From an uncultured Gemmatimonadales bacterium (GTDB lineage: Bacteria; Gemmatimonadota; Gemmatimonadetes; Longimicrobiales; Gaopeijiaceae): a stretch of DNA of 64,000 bases. Shown piece after piece: positions 48,703 to 57,635 of this stretch. The translations under genes were made by a program, and so were the position numbers. Below the pieces are notes generated by a model. The model worked only from the letters and a program-made list of their open reading frames with translations. It ran no database searches and had not been told where the DNA came from. Numbering within the stretch: the first letter of the stretch is position 1; every line of letters begins with the position of its first letter. The DNA is taken from contig CAWELD010000010.1 of assembly GCA_963809895.1 (NCBI GenBank), positions 960,001-1,024,000 of the forward strand. Reading direction: 5' to 3'.

Positions 48703-49748
48703 CCTCCCGAAATGAGTGAATAGGGTACTCTGTCAAAGGTTGGTGCCAACTTTTCTTCGGCCGCGACCCACAGGATCTGGCGCACTGAGTCCACCGCCGC
48801 CACGCTCTTCCACTCCGATGGTATGGGCTGGGATTCCAGGAGCCGGCCGTCAGGCGACCACAAGTCCAGAGACCGCTCACTGCCACGCGTATGTCCTGCC
48901 AACAACCATCCGTCTCCGACAGCGCGAGCCGTATGTGGCCTCAGCACCGGAACATCCAAGGTCTTATATGTCACTCGGTTTCCATCCACTTCTCTACTGA
49001 ATGCATCCTCAGGTCGGAATTCGGAAACCATCCTACTCTTCCATGTGGCGCTGGTGGTACCCTCCTCGGAAAGGACAACGATCTCGTAGGGCAACCGGCG
49101 CGTGTACACCAAGTGATCATCCCCAAGCTTGGTAAGGCCGCCCATGCCCCAGCGATCCAGCACCCAGTCAACAGCCACCTCCGGGGGTTCACCGAAAGAT
49201 CCTTGGTATCTAAGATGATCATTGAAGAGATGGATCGCGTGAGCAGTGCCTGAATCCCCCCATCTCGTCACACCGGCAATGGCGACCCCTCCCCCCGACA
49301 GTGGCACAATTCCGTCAACCTGCCGGAACCGAAAAGGGAGTCTCAACCGAGGTATGTCGTCAGTGGAGTCTGAGAATATCGTGAAATCCTGACGCTGAAG
49401 GTCGAACGCCCACAGGCGCTCCTCCCCATCGAAGGCGATACGGTAGAGGAGTTGAAACTCCCCAGGGCCATCGCCTTTTCCGCCGAATCGTCGGACTTCG
49501 TGACCACGGGCGTCCAGCTCGACCAACTCATTTGTTGCCATGTCTGCCACTATCAGCCCGCCGGCACGGGTCAAAGCGGTGGCAACGGGGATCCCGAGCT
49601 CAACGGCGGGATCGATCGGTACAGGCGTGCCCAGCTGAAGGATCGTGCTCTCTCGACCGCGTGCCGCTGAACCGAGGCCGGCGATGCAGAGGCAGAGCAC
49701 AACCCCTCGGGAACGCCACGGGCTACTTCGTTTCATCTTGCGCGGCAT
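48699..49748 (-). CDS. Secreted NHL-repeat/six-bladed beta-propeller protein
   Basis: N-terminal hydrophobic segment; LIVAD, RRFGGKGDGPGEF, LWAFD and YQGSFG blade motifs; start may be 49736. Confidence 0.8.
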   Translation of the reverse strand: MPRKMKRSSPWRSRGVVLCLCIAGLGSAARGRESTILQLGTPVPIDPAVELGIPVATALTRAGGLIVADMATNELVELDARGHEVRRFGGKGDGPGEFQLLYRIAFDGEERLWAFDLQRQDFTIFSDSTDDIPRLRLPFRFRQVDGIVPLSGGGVAIAGVTRWGDSGTAHAIHLFNDHLRYQGSFGEPPEVAVDWVLDRWGMGGLTKLGDDHLVYTRRLPYEIVVLSEEGTTSATWKSRMVSEFRPEDAFSREVDGNRVTYKTLDVPVLRPHTARAVGDGWLLAGHTRGSERSLDLWSPDGRLLESQPIPSEWKSVAAVDSVRQILWVAAEEKLAPTFDRVPYSLISGG

Positions 49749-50109
49749 GCGATTCAGCTACCCCATCCGGCGCCAGCCATGCGCCCCGTGCCGCATCCCA
49801 GAGAGCGACAATTCTCACCCGACCCGGCTGACACGCGATGACACTCGCGGCAGGTATGCCGTCCGACGCGAGGGCCACTACCAGACCGCAATCCAACTCG
49901 CCCCCGCATTCGTCGACATGGCCCGATTCGGCATAGACCTTACAATTGCGAAGTCCGGACTCTTGCCCGCCAATGCAGGCCGTCCCCACCCGATCACCAT
50001 TTTCGTCCGCTAGGCCTACGCAGGCTTCGCAGTCTTGGGCGGCTAACCCGGCGGCGAACACAGCCGAAATGACCAGCGCCCATCCAAGGACAAACGACGG
50101 TTTCATCAC
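49723..50109 (-). CDS. Secreted Cys-rich small protein A (7 Cys)
   Basis: GGGAGGGG RBS; signal peptide ending LAA-Q; CEAC...DENGDRVG motif. Confidence 0.75.
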   Translation of the reverse strand: MMKPSFVLGWALVISAVFAAGLAAQDCEACVGLADENGDRVGTACIGGQESGLRNCKVYAESGHVDECGGELDCGLVVALASDGIPAASVIACQPGRVRIVALWDAARGAWLAPDGVAESHAAQDETK

Positions 50110-50191
50110 CCCTCCCTCACATTTGGGTTTACGCAGGTCCCCTCTCTCGAATTCAAGTGCGGCGAGAGAGCGAAACGGTTTACCTTTGTCA

Positions 50192-50799
50192 CTACTCGTT
50201 TCCTGATCGCACAGCCAGCTTGGTTCTTTTCAGGCGCGCCAAACCGCGATGCATGGAGGCCTTGATAGTGCCCTCAGCCCGCCCCAACACTCGTGCGGTG
50301 TCCTTGACAGAGAGTCCATCGATGATCCTCAACTGGATCACCCTGCGCTGTAACTCCGGCAGCCCCGCCAACAGCCGAGCGACGTCCGAAGCGTCCGTCA
50401 TCGTTGCGGGGGATATCCTCCCGTGGCCTAACCGGAAGAGTTGATGAAGAAGCTTCTTGCGTCGCGTGCGCTTCCGCCGCGCCGCCATTCCAACACGGTG
50501 GGCGATCCGCACTAGCCAGGCTTTCGGCCTCCGGGGGGGGGGGAGGCCTTCTCAAGCGCAATAACCCAGACTTCCTGAACGAGGTCCCCCACCTCAAGAT
50601 AGCCACCGGCGTACGGGAGGAGGACGCGCCTCAGAGCCTCGCCGTGAGCCCTGGCCCATGCGCTAACTCTGTTCTGGGCGGTGGGAGACGGAGTGGTGGC
50701 AGGAGATGACACATCTTGCGGAGTTGAGCCAGACCGCCCCTCAGCGTCGCATGGCCCAAGCGCATCAAGAGGCCCGGTACTCGATCCCATCGGCGCCAC
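50192..50799 (-). pseudogene. ECF sigma-70 factor split at a G11 homopolymer (50533-50543)
   Basis: Region 2 DLVQEVWVIAL in one frame; KAWLVRIAHR and region 4 LPELQRRVIQLRIIDGLSVKDTARVLGRAEGTIKASMHRG in another; start uncertain. Confidence 0.8.
50533..50543. repeat. G11 homopolymer tract inside the sigma gene
   Basis: ccGGGGGGGGGGGagg; the longest homopolymer I noticed in the window. Confidence 0.9.
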
Positions 50800-50958
50800 T
50801 CATGTCGCTGAAAGGTGCAAAGCTACCGCCACCTTCGCGCGGCCCTAGGGGGGGAGATTCACAGTCTATCATGAAGTCGGTGATGCTGCAACCGCGGACC
50901 CGACGGGCAGAATCCCAACACTTCTGACCGACCACATGGGTAACGGCCACAGGATACT

Positions 50959-51485
50959 ATGGAGCTCGAATCCTTGGCACGCTCGCGCAGTTTGCCCGCG
51001 GGTCTCGTGCGCCGCGCCAAGACCGTACTTCTGTGCGCCGACGGGCTGAGTAATGGTGCCGTCGCGGAGGACGGTCTGGAAAGCCACGCACCATCGGCGA
51101 CGACGAGGTCATGGCACTCCTGCAGAAGACGCTGGAGACCGACCCTCCGGACGGCAGTACGCACTGGAGCTGCCGGTCCATGGCCAAGGCCACCGATCTA
51201 TCGAAGTCCACGGTTCAACGCATCTGGTCGGCGTTCAACGTCCAGCCCCATCGGCAGAAGACCTTCAAGCTGTCCACCGATCCGTTCCTTGTCGAAAAGG
51301 TCCACGACATCGTTGCCATCCGCCGCGGGCTCCTTCTCCTCGGTCCAGCAGCTCGTCGACAAGATCCGCCGTTTCACCGACGCTACAATCCCCAGGCCGT
51401 CCCCTTCATGTGGACCGCAACCGCCGACTCCATCATCCAGAAGCTCGAACGACTTTGTCAGGCTATCTCTGGAACAGGACACTAG
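50959..51485 (+). mobile_element. IS630-family remnant, copy 2 (two internal deletions, right end GGAACAGGACACTAG)
   Basis: LESLARSRSLPAGLVRRAK N-terminus; jumps AVAE to RSGKPR and VHDIV to AIRRG; ends in CTAG. Confidence 0.9.
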
Positions 51486-52985
51486 GAGCCTGTCCGAGTA
51501 ATCGTCCCGGGTCGTAATATTCTGCGACCTTGGACGAGGAGACAGGCGGAGTGGCAAAGACGTTCCGAGAGTATAGTCCAGACCAGTTGCTGTTGCTGGC
51601 GCCGTCGCTTCGGGAGTGGCTGCCCGAAGACCATTCGGTCTACTTCGTATCGGACCTGGTGGAGACGCTGGACCTGAGCGCGATCTACGCGAGTTACGAC
51701 GAAGAGCGCGGCTACCCGCCGTATCATCCGCTGCTCATGACGAAGTTGCTGGTCTATGGCTACACGCGAGGGGTGGGGAGTTCGAGGAAGCTGGAGCGGG
51801 CGTGCCTGGAGGCCGTGGACTTCCGGATCCTGGGGCAGGTCAACAGCCGGACCACCGGACGATCTCCGCGTTCCGGGCGCGACATCTGGCGGCGCTGGGC
51901 GGGCTGTTTCAGCAGGTGTTGGAGCTTTGCCGAGCGGCGGGGCTGGTGAAGCTGGGCCACGTGGCCATCGACGGGACGAAGGTCCGGGCGAACGCGAGCA
52001 AACACAAGGCGATGAGCTACGGCCGGATGAAGCAGGAGGAGGCGCGCCAGCGGGAGAAGATCCGGCGGTGGTTCGAGGAGTGCGAGGCGACGGACGCCGC
52101 CGAAGACGCGCTGTACGGAGCGGACAAGACGGGCGACGAACTGCCCGAGGAGCTCCGGGATCCGAAGCGGCGGCTGGAGAAGATCCGCGAAGCGAAAGCG
52201 GCCCTGGAAGCGGAAGCGCGGGCCAAGGGCAGGAAGGAACCGGAGGCGAAGGCCCAGCGCAACTTCACGGATCCGGACAGCCGCATCATGCTGTCGAGCG
52301 ACAAGGCGTTCATCCAGGCCTACAAGTGTCAGGCGGCAGTGGATGCGGGCTCGCAGGTGATCGTGGCGGCCGATGTGATCCAGGCGGCGACGGACCACCG
52401 GCAACTGATGCCGCTGCTGGAGCAGATCGAGGAGCGCTTGGGCGACAAACCCGAGGTGGCAAGCGCGGACGCGGGCTACTGGGTGGAAGAAGAACTGGAG
52501 CGAGTTGAGGCCAAAGGAACCGAAGCGCTGGTGGCGCCGAACAAGATCCGTCACAGCGAGTGGAGAGACGCAGAGCCGCCACGGGGCCGTACCCCGAAGG
52601 GCCTCAGCCGCAAGGAGCTGATGGCTCGTAAGCTGAGGACGAAGCGGGGCCGTGAAGAATACGGAAAACGCAAGACAACGGTCGAACCTGTCTTCGGACA
52701 GCTCAAAGGACCCCTGGACTTCCGGCAGTTCCTCCTGCGAGGCCATCAGAAGGTGAGCGGCGAGTGGATGCTCGTCTGCACCGCCAGCAACATCTTGAAG
52801 CTATTCCGGGCTGGGGCGCTGATTCCGGCCCTCGAAATGGCCTGATGGGGGTGGGAACCGTGCGACCTGCTACCAAATCGCGTTCATGAACCCGCACCCA
52901 CCCTCGAAATCCCGATGAACCAGCCTGATCGACCACCATCACGCCCCGCCACCTGCCCCTGGTCCATTACTCGGACAGGCTCCTA
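51483..52985 (+). mobile_element. IS1182-family insertion sequence
   Basis: Perfect inverted repeat TAGGAGCCTGTCCGAGTAAT (51483-51502) / ATTACTCGGACAGGCTCCTA (52966-52985), outer TA possibly a target duplication. Confidence 0.9.
51551..52845 (+). pseudogene. IS1182 transposase with a frameshift near 51835
   Basis: PPYHP and SSRKLE in one frame; PDHRTISAFR, AIDGTKVRANAS, TDPDSR, ADAGY and VEPVFG in another; one G missing from CTGGGGCAGG. Confidence 0.88.
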
Positions 52986-55657
52986 TTCCGCCCGGAGCGA
53001 GATCGCAGGGTCCACCGCGGTGGCGCGCCGGGCGGGCACGTAGCACGCCAGGGCGGCCACTCCCGCCAACAACGCCACCACCGCTGCCAGGGTGGGCGGA
53101 TCGGTGGGCGCGATCCCGTACAGCAGCGCTCCCAGCGTTCCGGCGGCCAGGAGTGCCCCGGCGAGCCCCACCACCAGGCCCACGGCCACCACGAACATCC
53201 CCTGGAAGAGAATCATGCGCAGCACCTGGCGACCGCCGGCGCCCAGCGCCATGCGGATCCCGATCTCCTGCGTGCGCTTGCGCGCGGCCTGGGCCGTGAC
53301 CCCGTAGATACCCACCGCCGCGAGCAGGAGGGCCATGGCCCCGAACGCGCCCATGAGGGTGAGCAGGAACTCCTCGTCGGCCATGGATGCCCGCCAGACG
53401 TCGTGCATGGGCTTCATGTCGGCGATGGGAATCAACGGATCGATCTCGTGCAGCACGGCCCGCACCGTGGGGATGGCGCTGGCTCCGGAGCCCTCGGTCC
53501 CGACTACGTACCACATGGTCCGGGACCAGTCCTGGCGGCGGCTCTCGAAGACCTCGGCGCGCGGGGCCTCCGCGGGGTTCTCCTGGGCCTGATCGCCCAC
53601 GATGCCGATGATCTCGTGCCAGGTGGACTCCGGCGTGGCCTGCCGGTCGTAAGCGATCCGCTGGCCGATGGGGTCCTCGCCGGGAAAGTGCTGCCGCGCG
53701 AACGTCTCGTTCACCACGACCACCAGCGGTGACTCCGGGCCGTCATCGGGACCGAAGAGGCGCCCTCGGATCACCGGTATGTCCAGTGTCGCGAAATATC
53801 CGGGATCGACCTGTCGGTGCAGGATGTCGAACCCGATCCGGTCGGGAGGCCAGCCCTCGGCCTGGAACTGGCTGGACCAGCTCGCACCTGCCAGGGGAAG
53901 CTGGTTGACGATGCCCACGTTCTCGATCCCCGGGCGCGCCTCCAGCCGGCGCTCGAAATCGTCCTGGAAGGCCAGCACCTGATCGCGGTTCTCGTATCGG
54001 GCCGACGGGATCCCGAACTGCAGTGCGAGCACTCCTGAGGTACGGAAGCCGGGGTCCACGCTACGGAGCAGCCAGAAGCTCCGCACCATGAGGCCCGAGC
54101 CCACGACGATGAGCACGGCGAGGGCGACCTCCACGGCCACCAGCGTGCTCACGGTGCGTGTGCCCGTCCGCACCGCGGAGCCGCCGCGGCCCCCGTCCTT
54201 GAGGGCGTCGTGGACCCGCCCCGCCGCCGTGCGCCAGGCCGGGGCGGCGCCGAAGATCAGCCCGCTGAGAACGGCGGTGGCACGCCGTGAACAGCCACCA
54301 CGCGCCAGTCCAGCGTCAGGGTCGTGGCGCCCTCGATGCCCATTGTGCGCTTCGATGCCAGCATCTGGATGCCGAGCCACCCCAACCCCAGCCCGACCAC
54401 GCCACCCACCGAGGCGAGCAGGAGGCCCTCCGTGAGCATCTGGCGCGCGACCCGGGCGCGGCCCGCGCCCAGCGCGAAACGCAGCGCGACCTCGCGGGTG
54501 CGGTCGCTGGCCCGCACCAACATGAGATTGGCCACGTTCGTGCACGCCAGCAGGAGGAGGAGCATGACGGCCCCCATGAGCACGGTGAGGGGCCCGCGCA
54601 CCTCCATGGTGAGGAAGGTGCGCAGGGGCATCATGCCGGCGCCCATGACCTTGTTGGTCTCGGGAAAGTCGGTCTGCAGGCGGCGGACCACGGTCTGGAA
54701 GGCGGCATCGGCCTGGCTGGGGGTCACCCCCGGCGCGAGGCGTGCGATGGGACGCACCCAGTGGGCACGGCGGAACCACACGGCCTGGCGGTTTGCCGGA
54801 TCCCACCCCCAGGGCGTCCAGAACTGGATGCCCGACGGAAAGCGCATGCCCGCCGGCGCAACGCCCACGATCTCGGGTGAGGCCGTGGTCAGGTCCAGCG
54901 TCGTGCCCACGACGTCGGGATCGGCACCGAAGTGGGAGACCCAGAAATCGTGGCTCAGCACGATCACGTTGTCGGCACCGCTCCAGGTCTGCTCCCAGCG
55001 GAACCCGCTGCCGAGCTCCATGGGCACGCCCAGCACCGAGAAGAAGTTGCCCGACACCTGCGCGAAGGAGAGCAGCTCCGGCTCGCCGTCCCGGATGTGC
55101 GTGGCCTGGTTCATGAACTCCGAATAGACGGCCACGTCGGAGAATGCGTCGACCTGATCCCGCCAGTCCAGGACGTTGGCCGGGGCCGCGGTCTCATGGA
55201 CCCACCCGAACTCGGGGTTGCTCTCGTAGAGCATCACGAGCCGGTCGGGATTGCCGAACGGAAGCGGCCGGAACAGGTAGGCGTCAGCGGCGGAGAAGAT
55301 CGCGGTATTGGCGCCGATGCCGAGGGCGAGGACCGCCACCGCGGTGAGAGTGAAGCCGGGATTGCGCCGTAGGGTGCGGATCGCGAAGCGGATGTCCTGT
55401 CGCATGCCCTCCATCATCGTTCTTCCTCCTCCCTGCGCGATCTGCCCATGGCGACCCGGCCCGTCCCGGCCGAGGCGTAGCTTCACGATGGTCCACGCCA
55501 ATCCTCCAACCTCGCGCGCCGCGAAGGCCACCCGCCGCGGGGCGGACCGACCCTCCGGGCGCCGGGCACGGTGGACGTCCAGGACCTCCGGCCCGTACCT
55601 CTCCCTGAACTCGCGGGGAGCCAGGCGGAGCAGGAGGCGGAGGAGGGTGGCGGTCAC
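52983..55657 (-). pseudogene. ADOP-family permease with a frameshift near 54280-54296
   Basis: LAPREFRERY prefix and LALGIGANTAIFS in ORF 54257-55675; TAVLSGLIFGAAP...VDPAISLRAE in ORF 52983-54806. Confidence 0.85.
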
Positions 55658-55980
55658 GTCGCTCCTTCGGCCCACAGCTTTCGGGCTCGCGCCGTGGCCA
55701 CGAGCTCGGCAAGGCGGGCGGACTCACGCTCGCCCGCATCCCGCCCCCGCTGGGTGATGCGGTAGTAACGCCTGCGGCGATCTTCGCCGTCGTCGGGGAA
55801 GGGCGCCTCTTCGATGAGGCCGTCGGCCTCCATGCGTTGGAGCGCCAGGTACATGGCGCCGGTGCTGGGGGCGTCTCCGCCGACGCCGCGGGCCTCGATC
55901 TCCTTGAGGATTCCGTAGCCGTGGCGATCCCCGTCGGCCAGGGCCAGGAGGATCTCGTAGGTGAGAGCGGTGAGACTCAT
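55654..55980 (-). CDS. PadR-family regulator
   Basis: YEILLAL, HGYGI, TGAMYLALQRM and RRRYYRIT motifs; overlaps the permease start. Confidence 0.92.
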   Translation of the reverse strand: MSLTALTYEILLALADGDRHGYGILKEIEARGVGGDAPSTGAMYLALQRMEADGLIEEAPFPDDGEDRRRRYYRITQRGRDAGERESARLAELVATARARKLWAEGAT

Positions 55981-56003
55981 GGCATGTAGCTCAGTGGATA
56001 ATG

Positions 56004-56018
56004 TATTTACGATAAATA
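56004..56018. promoter_or_regulatory. 15-bp palindrome upstream of padR
   Basis: TATTTA-CGA-TAAATA in an AT-rich patch. Confidence 0.5.
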
Positions 56019-56107
56019 TAGATAGGCCGATGGGCCGCTGTGCGCAACGGGATGGGTAGGGCCAATTGGACGGCGCGGCGGGGTTGGGCCGGCCGTGTGC
56101 GAGGCGG

Positions 56108-57628
56108 TCAGCGCGCGGTCGCCGCCAGGCCGCGTTCGGCCGCCGGACGGCCCGGAGTGCGCTCCAGCGCGGCTCGGAAGACCTCCGCCGCGGCGGCCAC
56201 CTGTCCTTCCTCGAGGAGGACCTCGCCCAGGAGCTCGTGGGCCGGCTTCGGCAGCGGAGGAGGCCCGAACTCGAAGGGAAGCGCCGCTTCGCTGTCGGCA
56301 GCGGCCCGCAGGAGCCGAATCGCGTCCGCGCCGCGGCCCTCGGCGGACGCCACCAGTGCCCTCATCTCCGAGACCATGAGGCGCGGCCATGCCGAGGTCC
56401 GGTCGCCGGCGGGGAGGCGTCCGGACCAGGTATCCACGAAGGCGTGGCCCGCCGTGACGTCACCGCGGCGCACGGCGACCCAGGCGTCGGTCCAGGCCCA
56501 TACCGGACCGACCTTTCCTTCATCGGCCCATGCGGGGGCCGGGTCCGCGGACACACGATCCGCGTCCACGTCGGCGCCGTCCACCACCTGGCGCGCCCGC
56601 ATCATGGCGTACCCGGGCCGCGCCGACCGGTCCGTCGCCGCCAGCGCGGCGCAGTCGCTCAGCGCGTCGCGGGCATCGTCCAGCCGGCCCTGCATGAGAT
56701 AGCCGTAGTGCAGCCAGCTCGCGTAGTGGCCGCAGGCATTGGGCGGAAGGCCCTGCTCGGCGCGGGCCGAGTCCTGCACGCGGCGCGCCCTGACATTGGC
56801 CGTCACCACCTCGCTCCACATGCCCAGCGCCACGAAGATGTGCGAGGTCATGTGCTGGGCGTGGGCCGCCCGGGGCGCGATGCTCGAGTAGGCCCGGGCT
56901 GCGGGCAACGCCCGGCGGGCGTGCAGGGGGTCGTCCCAGGCGTGAATCAGGTAGTGGGCGGCGCCCGGATGGTCGGGATTACGCTCGAAGACGGGCTCCA
57001 CCTCGGCGGCGGCGCGCCCGTAGATGTCGAAGTCACGACCCTGATGGGCGCTGCCCAAAAGGGCCAGGGCGTGGAAGAGCGTCGCCTCGTCGTCGTCGGG
57101 ATAGGCCTGGTGGAGGCGCTCCATGGCCCCCAGATAGGCCAGATCCCGGTCGTCCTTGGCGCCGGTGCCCTCGTACAGTGCGTCCACCGCGGCCACATAC
57201 ATGCGCTCGCGGTCGGTGGGGGCACGGGCCTCCCGCTCTTCCGGGGTCGGCCCCAGCCGCGTCAGCACCCGGCGCGCCGCGGCCGGATCCTGCTCCATCC
57301 AGACCGGGTGATTGTAGGTCATGGCCTCGCCCCAGTAGGCCATCACCATGTCCGGATCGGCCTCCCGGGCAGCGCGGAAGGCCTGGGCGGCATCCTCGTA
57401 CTCGAAGCTGTGCAGAAGAAGGACGCCCCGGTGGAAGTCCGCCCGTGCCTCCGGGGTTCCGGTGACCGGGAAGGTGAGGGTGCCCAGGCCCTCGACGTGC
57501 ACGGGCGACGCCGAGTCCGCGGGCCCGCCGCCGGGATCCCCGCCGCACCCGTTCGTCGCAAGGACCAGCAGCGTGGCGAGAGCCGGGGCGAGCCGCCCGA
57601 TCCCGGAGCTCCCGCCCGTCCGACGCAT
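56108..57628 (-). CDS. TPR-repeat lipoprotein
   Basis: LLLHSFEY, MAYWGEAM, HPGAAHYLIHAWD and HAQHMTSHIF motifs; lipobox-like NGC. Confidence 0.8.
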   Translation of the reverse strand: MRRTGGSSGIGRLAPALATLLVLATNGCGGDPGGGPADSASPVHVEGLGTLTFPVTGTPEARADFHRGVLLLHSFEYEDAAQAFRAAREADPDMVMAYWGEAMTYNHPVWMEQDPAAARRVLTRLGPTPEEREARAPTDRERMYVAAVDALYEGTGAKDDRDLAYLGAMERLHQAYPDDDEATLFHALALLGSAHQGRDFDIYGRAAAEVEPVFERNPDHPGAAHYLIHAWDDPLHARRALPAARAYSSIAPRAAHAQHMTSHIFVALGMWSEVVTANVRARRVQDSARAEQGLPPNACGHYASWLHYGYLMQGRLDDARDALSDCAALAATDRSARPGYAMMRARQVVDGADVDADRVSADPAPAWADEGKVGPVWAWTDAWVAVRRGDVTAGHAFVDTWSGRLPAGDRTSAWPRLMVSEMRALVASAEGRGADAIRLLRAAADSEAALPFEFGPPPLPKPAHELLGEVLLEEGQVAAAAEVFRAALERTPGRPAAERGLAATAR

Positions 57629-57635
57629 CACCGCC

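Noticed and set aside
49723..50109. Protein A as an anti-sigma factor
   Set aside because: The hydrophobic segment is at the extreme N-terminus with a signal-peptidase-like site, leaving no cytoplasmic sigma-binding domain
48328..50109. Cys-rich proteins as cytochromes or classical RiPP precursors
   Set aside because: No CxxCH motif; Sec-type signals rather than leader peptides; no modifying enzyme or peptidase-ABC exporter in the cassette
51060..51330. Programmed frameshift joining the IS630 ORFs
   Set aside because: Frame changes coincide with deletions removing the HTH and DDE segments, so no active enzyme could result
51825..51845. Programmed frameshift in the IS1182 transposase
   Set aside because: No slippery heptamer, and IS1182 transposases are normally a single ORF; a missing G is simpler
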